Below, piece by piece: positions 12,371 through 26,150 of a stretch of 64,000 bases of DNA; position 1 is the first letter of the stretch; each line of letters opens with the position of its first letter. The notes below the pieces were generated by a model. That model ran no database searches. It was not told the DNA's origin and saw nothing but the letters and a program-made list of their open reading frames with translations. Origin of the DNA: Utricularia gibba (lineage: Eukaryota; Plantae; Magnoliophyta); assembly GCA_002189035.1 (NCBI GenBank), contig NEEC01000004.1, positions 2,170,001 to 2,234,000 of the forward strand, read 5' to 3'. The position numbers and the translations under genes were made by a program.

Positions 12371-12463
12371 AGACCATTAGGATATTGGCACGGCTCAATC
12401 AAAACTAGGGAGTGGAAGAACACCGACCACGTCTGAGCGAGTCGGGCCAACATCACAATGGCC
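12371..12463 (-). ncRNA. MIR171: MIR171 precursor hairpin (mature 12381-12401, star 12432-12452)
   Basis: Minus strand has exact UGAUUGAGCCGUGCCAAUAUC on the 3' arm and UGUUGGCCCGACUCGCUCAGA on the 5' arm; duplex has 3 mismatches, G:U pairs and 2-nt overhangs; stem extends (ggccatt/aatggtc). Confidence 0.96.
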
Positions 12464-12533
12464 GCTTCCGCAATGGAGAGAGGTCTGCAGCAGGGACTGG
12501 AAGACGAACAAGCGAAGAGCAAACTCGGGAGGC

Positions 12534-12540
12534 TTAAATA
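12534..12540 (-). promoter_or_regulatory. TATA-like box of pri-miR171
   Basis: CCTATTTAAG on the minus strand about 70 nt upstream of the hairpin base. Confidence 0.5.
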
Positions 12541-13253
12541 GGCAAAACCAAAAGCAAAGCCATTAATGAGAAGAGATGGCCGAGCCAACCCATTTGTATA
12601 AATAAAGTTCTCTCTCACTCCACCATAGCTTAGACTTAGAGTACCTTTACTAGACTAACATTTAATTCCATGCATGAAAATGATCAGCTCTGAAAGGTAA
12701 AACGTGATGCACCTCACACCGCATTAAAAGGAGGAGATTCGAGATTGAAGATGTGGTGGAGTCAATAAAGTGATGAGCATGTTATCCAAATAACTTCTTA
12801 ATAAATTTTCTACTATAATACGTTGATTCCATTTATTTCCAGCATTTTAATTTAACACAAACAAACACTACTACATGATTACTGTACTGGAATGCTTTTA
12901 AAACGATGAAGAAATAAATGTTGCAGAACAGTACATAGGCTCAGTTGTCGCGGACCAACCCCTTAAGTATACCTTTGCCATGTACAACCGTCATAAGACG
13001 ATGCCTCTAGGAGAACATATCTACATTAGTAAGGGAAAACTGAAGAGTAATGGCATCTTACTACCAGATACACGATGGCACTTTCACTGTTTCTCAATAA
13101 CAATAAACAAATCCACTCGGCCCTCCACTAGAAGAAGATGGCAGGGGAATAAGTTTTCTTGTTCAATGCCAATCAAATGAGCTTCACCTATGTATTGACT
13201 CATTTCGAAAACATGGCTTTACTCTGTATTGTAGAATAAGAGACAGATGGCTT

Positions 13254-16200
13254 CTATGTTGTCAAGGCATCAGGGATATTCGATGGCGCACCGAGTACTT
13301 TACCTCCAACATCAGGAAAGCTTTCGTATCCAGGCAGAGAACTTACCTTTCCATCTGCATCCACCTTTACTGGATACTTGAGGATATGCCCATGCAGAGG
13401 ACTGAAACTCTCTGCTGAGAATTTTCTCCAGTTCTCTTCACTTAGGCTATTCACATATTTCACACATTCTGAGTTTTCGGGGTCCTTAAAGCAATCCTGA
13501 ATATTTCCCAAATGCTCAGCCCACAGAGACATCCTGTAACCATATATCTGCAAAACAAGTATAAGAGCTCATGAAATGGATAAGAGATTGCAAATGTATT
13601 CGCTTCTGTGTTGTTTTTTAAAAGTACCTGGCCCCGCGGGTGTTTCTTCATCCGGTCCCAAGTGTAATGGGGCTGATAGGCACCCATTGCGATCTCGGTA
13701 TCTCTAGAGCCAGCCAGCGATCGTTGGTTGATATTAGCAGAACCCATTAACACGTACTCATCATCTACAATCATACCCTTTGCATGCACATAAATCATGA
13801 ATCTTCCGGTTCTCTGAGAAGCTGAATCCTGAAAAATAGGAAAGAAACAAAATGTAAGCATCATTTACTGTTGGTTATACGGTAGAACTGTGGTGATGGA
13901 GATAAATTACCTTGGTGCCACTTAATAAATTCTGGTTATCCGTCGTAGGGGCGCTTTCTTTCACATCCTCTCTGTTTCCAAGGCAGTAGAAATTCAAATA
14001 GTCTGTAGGGCGTGCGTTCTTAAGCCCAGCTGATTTGAGTTCTCGAGCAACGACGTCATACATCATCTGCATTGTTTGTATCTGCAGGAGAAATCTTTGG
14101 AATTGAAGAAGCATTCGAGTGAAACGCATTCATTGATTGAGCTCCATGTTTCCTGTGTTATTAGTATCTACCTGCCAATAAAGGATTTCTTGAACAGAAG
14201 CAGAGCTTGGACTACCTTCCGGCCACATGGGTATAACAATATAAACAGCAAATCTTTCCTCGGCCCTTATTTTACTAGCCACTTTCAGCGCCAATTCCAT
14301 GGGAATTGTATTATCAGCACCTGCCAGAAACAATGGCAGGTTATTACAAGAAAACATATCTGCGCGGTTTGAGAAGAATCAAATTCAACTCCATGCCTGC
14401 ATTCTTGTAAGATGGCCAGGCATAAGATGAACCAAGGAAATACTGATTCTCAATGTATATGAAGTGTTGAGCCGATCTGATTGCCTGGATATACGCTGTT
14501 TGAATGCTCTTATCAATGACCAGTTTCTTTGCAAAAATTAAATTCTGCAGCAATTCAATGCTTCAAGAGTGAGAGAACTTCCAAGGATAGAGTATGAGAA
14601 CATGATAAAGGCATCTTGAAATACTTGCTGCTCTGCAGCCTGTGCAGTTTTGGGGAATCCCTTCAACGATCCTGAATCTATGGACCGGAAGATCTGGAGT
14701 TAAAAATGGACAACCAACAAATATCAAACAAAAGTTCCTTTTTCTCCTTAACAGTAATAAGGGGACCATTATCACTCGAAAAATACAAGTTGCTAACCTG
14801 AGCATGCCAATTTTCTGTATCACCTTCTCCAGAAACCCAAAGGGAAGGATGGTCATTTGGGACAGATGGACTGGGGCTGCTTATCCATGATATTCGCTCT
14901 ACTTTGAGTAGATTATCATCGTGCCAATGTGATATTTTCTTGAATGACCTGCCCATCTTGGACCATTTTGCGGCTTTCCTCCATCTCTGCTCGAAGTTTG
15001 TCAGCACATCATAAGCAGCTGGGCCTTCTATCTTGCAGTGTAGATCATGCCATGGTTGCCTAGGTCCCTTGGTTCCTGGCTGTAGATGCATACACATAAA
15101 GCGAGAGATGACAGCGAATATAGAAGACATCAAGCTACCGATAAATTTCCACTTACAGAGAATGTTGGGTTATGATAATCATCCTCAAAGATTGTGTCCA
15201 AATCACAAAACAGTCGATGCTCAGGGGTATCATAACGACCGTCACAGAGATCTAAACCACCGAGGAATGCAGTGATCTTTCTATTGTTTCCTTGTCCTTG
15301 AGTGTCCACGATCACGCATTTCTGATGATGAGTATATATAGTTCCTACAACCTTGATTCAATAGCACAATATCCAATTAAGCTCGCTCCAAGCGTCCTTA
15401 AAGTTGAAAAAGTGAAACCGTGCCTGCTGCTTGAAAACGCTGAGTTTGCTGCTTCCATAACGAGGGGCCAGCACGCAAGTCACAGATGAATGCTTGAAGA
15501 ACTTCTTCGTTTCCTCGTCGTGAGTTTGCATCACCCCAGTCTGCTCCAAAAAAGATTCATAATCAACAGAGGAATTTTGTTTCCAGACCCAATTTCAATT
15601 GTTCTCTCGCCAAAAAAGTATACGAACCGTATTGAATCTGCTATGTGAAGTTTTGTCATCCCAAACCAACAGAAGCACTCTCACACCTTCTTGAGATTTG
15701 TACTTCAGCAAATCGCCGAGATTCAGATCGCCGCCGTTTGGGAGTGGCCGCGTTGGCTCCCTGACCAATCTAACTTTGTGGTAAATTGACCACCCTACGA
15801 TGTACACCAAGTGATGCGCTTCCAGTATGGCGTGGCAAATATCTTCCCAACACTTGTCGTGTCGGAAATTTCCACCATCGTCAAGGGGAATCTCCGGCAG
15901 CATTTCGTCAGGCACATGCGCATCTTGATAAAGTGTTATTTGGCCGCCGTGACGGAGAGGGAAATAGCTTTCTTTGAGGGAGTAATCCTCCGGAATGCCT
16001 TTTAGGAACAGGGGATTCTGGGTACAAGGTGTAAATTCGATTCGCAATCTGAGGGCGGAGTTGGGCTTGTGAGGCTTACCCCAGGCTCCGATGACGGGGA
16101 TCCACTCGTCAATCAACTCACCGGACGCGAGTCTCTTAGCCGGCACGGAGGCGACGCCGATAACATCCGCCCCGAAGACATCATTGTCCTTCACCTCGAA

Positions 16201-16612
16201 ATCAACCTTCAAATCAAATTCAGAGAAATATCAATGCAGGCAGAAAGATGAAATCCTCATGAATCGATTGATTTTACGTTACCTGCGAAACAGGGTGAGC
16301 AGTGGGGATTTTGAAGTTTTCGTTCCAAACCGGATTCTGCGAATTCGGTATGATTCTGGTACGGGCGACCCTTGCTCCGGCGAGGCAAACGGTGACGTAC
16401 GGATCACTGGTGATGATCTTTCTGTGGTTTTTTCGATTCACGCGATGCTGACCGGTGGTGCACGGCTGCCGACACATGTCGAAAGCGGAGAGGAATCGGC
16501 GGACGTGCTCCGTGATGAGATCCATGTTGGGCAAGCATCGAGCCTCTATGATCTGCACCATCAGATCTCCGTGGAGATACACAACATCGTTTTCCGGCGA
16601 CTGTGCCGCCAT
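13254..16612 (-). CDS. PLDdelta: Phospholipase D delta (C2-PLD), 11 coding exons
   Basis: N-terminus [17 protein letters not shown] and C2 SDPYVTV; HKD1 [10 protein letters not shown]; [12 protein letters not shown]; HKD2 [13 protein letters not shown]; C-terminus [14 protein letters not shown]; the splice junctions I read keep the frame; two GC-AG introns. Confidence 0.96.
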
Positions 16613-19425
16613 GACTTTTTCGAAAATGCGTCGTGGCGGAGAACGGTGGTTATTCAGCGTCTCCGCCGGCGGGGCGATGATGGATGGCGGTTTGCCTTTC
16701 CGCCAACTTTTTTTAGAACATAAACGGGCCTACAACGCTGTTTGCGCTTTTGTCGGTTATATGCCTCGCCCTCCCCCATCGCATACTATTCTTAGGATCA
16801 TATTCTTTTTCTTATCTTCTGATGACTAAGAGAATAGAATCATCAAATAAAAGCAATATGTTAATTAAAACAAAAGTATTTAATGCATTAAATATACAGC
16901 ATTTTGGTTATGGAGGGCATTCCGCCACTGAATGCCACGTGTACATTAAATCGATTTGAGATTTGGAAACCTTTATACGGGAAGGTTCCACTCTGATTCC
17001 ATGAATATTTTCTTTTAATATATATATTTTGAAATTATTAAATTGAATTATTTACGTAAACCAAAATTATCCTAGAATTCTGTAGCAGCAATTGTGCTGT
17101 AGAGGTACAAAGTAGCAAAGGAAAACATTCAAGACCAAGGAGAAATCATGAGAGGCATAGCCATAAACATAATCTTTGCTCATTCAACGGGTTTTAAAAA
17201 TTTAAAAAATGTTACCAAAGAAGTAAGATAAACAAATGATTTTCCATGTAATATTTTTATCTTGGATCGTCATCCTATTATGCTAAGCATTCTAAATTAA
17301 CACCACAACACCAAAGCAAATGTGATTACATATGCTTACTGATTATATAATTTAACATAACAATATAAAATAATTGTATTATATCGATTAAAAGACCATA
17401 CTTTCATATATAATAAAAAATATAAAGTTAAGAAATTCAGTTAGTTCATTTAGGTAAGTCTTCTCAATTTTTTTTAAATCTACCCTCTTAAAATCAATAT
17501 CTTCTTGGAGGGACTGCTTAGTGCTTGCCTTTTTTTTTTAATTCGTTCTTTATCCTTTGGGTTTTTTAATCACATGTGGAGTTACATATGTCCAATTCAT
17601 AGTTCACTGCATAAATGTATGATAAATTTGATTACAACTTATCAATATTTAATTAATGAATAAAACCATTATCTTTGGAATTTTTGTGATAGATGTATTC
17701 TCTGTCTTTGATACAATGATTTTTACTTTACATACACTTCCTCATGCTACATTGTTATATATATATATATTCATTTATTTGATTAAGTTACTTCAAATCA
17801 TGTGACCAACTATAATTCCCATGATATCATAAATAAAACATAAAAAATTCGTCAAAAGACTTAGAACATCTTTATTGATTTCCGGAAATGATGATATGGC
17901 TTCTTTTATTGAGTTTACATGAGGAAACGAAATTTTCTGAAAGTGATTTCTGCAGTATAGAGTTTACTCAAATTAATTATTTTTCATAAAAATAAAAGTG
18001 ATTTTCAGAAAACCATATTAACATTTGTGGAAAGCCATGTCAGTATTTCTGAAAATCACTAAAAATGATCGTAATCTAGATTATTTTTTTTACTGTATTT
18101 AAAGAGGATATAGAACTAATTTTGCTCTATCTATATTCTATTGTATCACCTTATAATTATATGAAATCTTAAATAATAAACTTTGGATGTAAATGATGTA
18201 AAAGAATTCCTGAGTCATTTGTTTTTAAGTAAACATTAAAATTATTTTGCTAATTTAAAAATAACACATATTTAACTTGAAAGTAAGGCTGTCTCTATAT
18301 TTAATGAATATTATTGCATTGCCAAGCCCTATAATAGATATTTCTACTATCTTATTATCCATTCTTACATCGTCAAAAAATATAATAATTTTTTTGTAGT
18401 CCTGTTCTTATCAAATATTGCAAGCAAATTGTTGCAATAAAGCCATGACTTGTATCTTATATGATTATACATATTCGTATTATATTCAACATATAATGAA
18501 AACAATTGTAAATAAAATTAGTAACAAACTTTATTAATGTATAAGAAAATTGAGAATCTATTAAAATTTTATCAAAAACTCATCGCTATCATTTAACATT
18601 TTCATGGTGTCAAACTGGTTGCTAACTTTGAAATGAAATCTATCAATATATGTTAGTCTTTTTTTAACTATAGACATTTTAATTAATATGTAGATAAACT
18701 CATATATTTGACTATGGACTTAAATTTTTAAAAAAACATTTACTGCTACTTGATGATAGCTTGGTTTTTTTCTAACCTCCACTCAAATTGGCATATTGGT
18801 TCTAATGCTTGTATGAGAAATTTCTCCTTATTTGGTTTTTAGTGACACTTATTCTTTTCCTTAACATTCACGATTTATCGAAAAACTTTATAAAAAATAG
18901 TTACTACTAAATTAAAAATAATGTAAAAAAAAAACCTAGAAAAATAAATTTCTCCATTAGTAAAATTCATAATCATACAAGCATTCATGTATTATGATTC
19001 CATCACTAGAATATATTTTGGAGTAGATTTTATTTAAAAGGTATTCAAAAATATCAATTATATCATAACGTATAAAAACATCACGATGTACATTTCATTA
19101 TATTTTAGAATTGAGATTGGATGCCTAGTTAAAAAAAAAATTTAATAAGATCTTAACATAGAAAATACTTTAAAAATGGAAATGGAAATTTAAAACTCTT
19201 ACTTCCCATCAATTCGGTAAAAATTAAGGCTAAAAATGTTAATTTAGTCAATAACAATAGATTATTAAAAATTTTAATTTATTTTTTAATAATTATAAAT
19301 CTAATCTTTATCATCCATCAATCAAATATAATATTTTAATAAATCAAATTCATTCACCAAACACAGCGTTTATTTAAACATTTTGGCTTATCATCTTTAA
19401 TAAATATTTTAATAAAATGTCAACC

Positions 19426-19486
19426 AGCCCACTGGTCCTACTTTCTGGCCCGATTTCGCAATTCCTATTGGGTCCCTAAACCCTAA
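19426..19486 (+). promoter_or_regulatory. Site II-like (AGCCCA/TGGCCC) and telo-box (AAACCCTAA, 19478-19486) promoter elements
   Basis: Motifs visible just upstream of the 5' UTR of the PGES2-like gene; this combination is common in plant housekeeping and mitochondrial-protein promoters. Confidence 0.5.
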
Positions 19487-19856
19487 CTAAACCTTGCATC
19501 TGCAAGATTTTCTCCGCGCAAGGGCTCTCCAGGTATACAGCGTATCTCACAGAAAGCTCCATCGGATTCCACAGGCAAGCCGTTCGTTTTTCTCACCTAC
19601 AGTACGGACAATCAGGAAATCTAGTTTAATTTTGCCTCTGAAGACGAAAAATTAGGGTGCAATGATGTGTTTGTTTTCTCAATGAATTAGTGATCTTCCG
19701 TCTGGAATTATTGATGTTTACTAGAGGTTGAATAGAGAAGAAGAGTAGGTGACTATGATTTTTCTTCAGCACAATAAGTTTATTACCGTGTACCCTACCA
19801 AGGCTTGCTTGGGAAAATTATTGAATTTGTGGTTCTTTTGTCTGCGTGGTTCAGAA

Positions 19857-21909
<2,053 letters not shown>

Positions 21910-22236
21910 TTCAAGATACTTTGGCTGACCGGAATAAGTGCCCTTCCCACCTGCCCCACCGGAAGTGGACATCGACCTGTTACAATGAAATGGAGGAGCT
22001 CGTATTCTTTGTTATATTATTCGACAACGTTTCGATTTTTAATCATATTTACATGTGTACTGTTTTCACCTTGCATTGAATTGGATAAGATGAACGTACA
22101 AGCACTCTGCACAGGTGGTCTGAATAGTTCAAGATTATGGGACATGCTTCAGCGTCGGTCTAATTCGTTGGCCCAGGCCCAATTTGGTAGTTTCTAATGT
22201 AAAACGGGCCTCAGTCCGACTCTAGAAAGAAGATGA

Positions 22237-22585
22237 ATGGCCTTGCAATTGCAGGATTTCCTCCTCCGCGCTAGGGTTCTGAAGCTTTACAGACAAGCCT
22301 TGCGTGTCTCACGGAGAGCGCCATCCGATTCCAGAGGTCAGCCGCGCACTTACAGTACATTTAAGTAGGGAAATGCAGTGTTAATTTTACCTGTCGAGAA
22401 GAAAAGGTGAAGTCCAGGGGCGATCCGGATTTTTGTGTGTTTCAGATGAGATTAAGCGGATTGTGAGGGAAGAGATGGAGAGCAACAGAAGCTGCAGAGA
22501 TCGGCAAAGGATTCGGTTTCTGATCAGCGAGGGGCTGGAGAGGCTGAGGCGCTTGGATGAGACTCTTGATATGCAAGGAAACTGA
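22237..22585 (+). CDS. Small LYR-motif (Complex I LYR family) protein, 79 aa, exons 22237-22336 and 22446-22585; not in the ORF track
   Basis: Spliced product MALQLQDFLLRARVLKLYRQALRVSRRAPSDSRDEIKRIVREEMESNRSCRDRQRIRFLISEGLERLRRLDETLDMQGN*; LYR tripeptide; closely resembles At3g19508 as remembered. Confidence 0.9.
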
Positions 22586-22792
22586 AACACATTTTTCGGT
22601 AAACGATTTATTCAAACAATCCGTAGTTTATTTTCGGAAGGGAACGTCTAGCTCATGTATTTTTTTTAAAATTTTTGTAGAGGTCGTAACTGGAATTTAG
22701 AATTAGAACATGAAATTATAACGAAATACAACGAAGGAACTCAGTCCATAGAATAAAATTTTGGCTGTGGGTAACTTCCGAGAGTCAATCCA

Positions 22793-23741
22793 TCAATTCT
22801 TCACATACCCCGCCAGCTTGAACCGATCAACGGCGCCATCCTGAACCTGAACCACGACGTTTTCCCCAAATTCCGCGCCTAAGAAATCCATCACAAAATC
22901 CTCATCTGGCGTCGAGGAGTAAAAGCAAACCACGACATTTTCCCCCAAATCCAGACGTCGGTCAATGATAAACCGCACCAGCGCCTCCACCAGATTTCGG
23001 CTCCGGCATGCACAGAGATTTGGATGAGTCCCGGGAGCGGATCGCCGGAGCTCGAGAAAGCAGGAAACCTGCTATCAGTGGTGAATGTGTCTCAGCTCCG
23101 TCTTTGATTCTCCAGTACAGGGCAGTTGCCTCCAGTGGTTGAATTTATTTTCTGGTCCGAACCCCCGCCCTGATTACGCATTTCTACATGGGAATTCCCC
23201 GCACTCGACGGGGCGTAGCACTGTTTCCCTTGTCAATCCGTCCTTGAAGGTGTCAATTACACGTTTGTTGTCCTTTATAACGGCGCCGTGGCACAAGGCC
23301 AGCGCTTGAAACATCGCCACAGCTTTCACCACCGCCACCCAGTCCTCCGGAAGCCAGAAAAGACCGGAAAACTCCTCAGTTGATTCCCCTGGAGAATTTT
23401 AATATTTGTGGCAAGTTCAATGACTTGGAGCAGTGATTCGCTCTGGGATGGGCGACTGGTTTTGAAATAGACACTGAACCCCGCTTCAGCCTGGGCTTCT
23501 TCCCAGGGGCGAGAAGATTCTAAAACCACTTTGGGATAGAGTTGCTACCTGTAATTGAGGCAGGCGGTCCGCGAAGAACCCGGAGTGGTGGAGGAAACGG
23601 AATTGCTGGAGAAGAAGGGTGTAGAGCCGTCTTTTTGCGGTGCGCTACGCGGAGGCGCTGCCGGCTGCCCACAACCCCGGCATCACAAGCGTCGGGTTTG
23701 TGCGATGGAGTGGGACTTGCTGGATGATTTATGTCATCCAT
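22793..23741 (-). pseudogene. Sarcosine/pipecolate oxidase (SOX/PIPOX-like) pseudogene, intronless
   Basis: Collinear motifs across frames: AKRRLYTLLLQQFRFLHH; PWEEAQAEAG; FSGLFWLPEDW..KAVAMFQALALCHGAVIKDN; KCVIRAG; PLEATALYWRIK; PGLIQISVHAG; CFYSSTPDEDFVMDFLGAEFG; GFRMAPLIG; at least 7 frameshifts and in-frame TAGs. Confidence 0.88.
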
Positions 23742-23829
23742 TTCTAAAATCCACCCCATGTCAATCATCCTTTCCATGTGCGAAAACACACATTATGAAT
23801 CCTTTTATTGGATAATTAATCGCTTGCAA

Positions 23830-24165
23830 ATCATTGATACGTGTGTTTTATGCTTTTGATGCATTGCGCTGAGCCTATGGATATGTTTCGTTACATCGAT
23901 AGATTAACAAAAAATTAATAATATTAAAGTGTTCATGTTCTTTACGTGATCCACTAATGACCAGCCATCACTTGATTTTGTCCTTCTTTGTAGATTTGAT
24001 TGTAACTTTTTTCCAATAATATTTTTTGAGTTATTATTATTTATCAACAACTCAATTAAATTGGAAAACATACTTCTAATTTATGAATTAGTTATTGATT
24101 TCATTTTAAGTTTTTTTTAGGGTTTTAAGGAAATAAATAAATTTACTGTTTGATCATAAAGATTG
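23830..24165 (+). repeat. Diverged direct-repeat copy of 27378-27710 (non-coding 5' region of the hAT-like element)
   Basis: Shared collinear blocks such as tatgaattagtta.tgatttcatt and ttaaggaaat..a.aaattt...ttgatcata. Confidence 0.65.
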
Positions 24166-24169
24166 GTCA

Positions 24170-26150
24170 TTCTCTAATTACTCGTGCTTTTTATTTATCT
24201 ATCGCTTCTCCTATATTACTAACAATATACCTAAGAAAAGAAATATTATTTCTATAGAATACACATTTTTTTTATGTTAATGAACACTTTCTCTTTTTCA
24301 AAAGTATCTAACATATACTTTAAATGACACACATGCTCATTAATACTCTTGCTATAAATAGGAATATCATTAAAATAAATAACCACAAATCTAACAATGA
24401 AGGGTCTAAGAACATGATTCATTAATCTCATAAAGATACTAATAACACTAATCAAATCATAAGGCATAACAACCTACTCATATAAATCAAATTTAGTTTT
24501 GAATACGATTTTCCATTCATCACTTTCCTTCATTTTAATTTGATGATATCCATTTATCAAATTAAATTGAGTAAAAATAAAAACACCATGCAATTTATCA
24601 AGCATAATTTCAATTCTACGAATAAGATATCTATACAGATAGTGATATTGTTGACTCAGTATTTTCTTAGTCTTCTTGTTTTCTTACACAAAATCTATAA
24701 ACATCAATTCTTCTATTTGCATTTCTATTTTCTTAATCTTCTCCAGATTGACTCATTATGATGGTCAGTTGAAGAGTTGTGCTCTAGGTATAAGGTAAAT
24801 TTGATACTTAATTACTTTGATGGGAAGCAATTGATAAAATTCTTCCAAAAATACAATTTGATATACCAATAATAGAGACACAACACAAAATAGGATTTTG
24901 TTTACCATTCACAAAACAATGTGTTTGAAAAAAGTTTTTTCTTTGTTCATTATTGTTATTAACTTTAATATTATGTATCTTTCGAGTGACTAATACTTCT
25001 CCCGAAAAAGGTATTTCATCCTCATTACTCAATTCATCCACTATCTCCAAAACATTATCATTGTCTTGAGTAATCAATTCTCTACTACCTTTCATTCCCA
25101 TTGCTCTTTTATTTAGACATTTAAAAGCAATATGTTCATATCTCAAAAATTGGAAACATTTTATATTCCTTGTAATGTCCTTTGGCAATCTTATTTGCTC
25201 CACTTTCATGAAACATGATGAGGTGTTGAATTTAAAATTTTTTATAAATAATTGTCCTATATTCTTTTATAGTATTTACTACATATCTCCAAATTTTGAA
25301 ATAAGAGCCCTCTTGCTGAAATTTGAAGAAAAACGCTTGTTCGTGAGTTATTTCTGAACTTTTGAAGCCATATGAATCATTGTTGTGTATCGTTTTCTCA
25401 AAAAATTTTAAATATGTCAAACGTAAAACACAAAAGAGTGTAGTACAAATATCAAATTACAACATAATCGTTGAATTTCATGAAAGTCAATCTAATTTGC
25501 TTTCCTTTGGAGTAGTTATTGCAATCAAAGACATGTTTTACTCAAATTTTCTATTATAGAAAAAAATCCGGATCATTTTTACCTTGAAATTCAAGAATTT
25601 TCATCTTAATATTATTAATATCTCTTCCATTTCTTTACACTTCTCTTAACCACCTTTGTTTCGAAATTGTCTTTTATCATCATCTACATTCTCATCTTCT
25701 CCATGTTCAAGATAAACTTCATCTTTATCATCATTCAAAATTCTATCTCTTCTTCCCACACATCTTTCATTTTCTTGATCACTAAAATCAAGTTTAATAT
25801 AGTTGCGTTGAAACATTCACACATCTCGACCCCTTCTAGCAACATGATTATATCCTACATCTTAAATTTTTCCAACATTTTGAAGAGAATTTGTGGGTTC
25901 ATTAAGTCTCTCATTGATATTTTTTAGAACACGATACAATTTTGAAAATTCTTATTGCATGACTCTAAAAATGAGCTTGTCATCTAACGACTCATCTTTC
26001 TCATGCTCGCTTTTTGAATTTGACATACTAAAACAAAGAGAAAAAAAATAAATGAAAAGAATGTAGGAAACATAAATGGATTTTACCACTAAATTCTCAA
26101 GCTTTAAATTCTTTTGTGCACTCTTGAATATTATTATACTAGATCTCATG
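24170..26150 (-). mobile_element. Highly degenerate Ty3/Gypsy retrotransposon (gag knuckle, protease region, RT fragment; CRM-like)
   Basis: RT FMRLMNHVLRPFIVRFVVIYFNDIPIYSKS (24252-24467); CFQFLRYEHIAFKCLNKR and EQRKNFFQTHCFVNGK (24808-25209). Confidence 0.8.

Noticed and set aside
16091-16829. Long plus-strand ORFs of 210 aa and 124 aa
   Set aside because: Antisense shadows of the GC-rich PLD-delta exons 1-2 and leader.
17000-19300. Possible decayed LINE
   Set aside because: Candidate RT motifs were weak and not in the expected order; left as unassigned AT-rich DNA.
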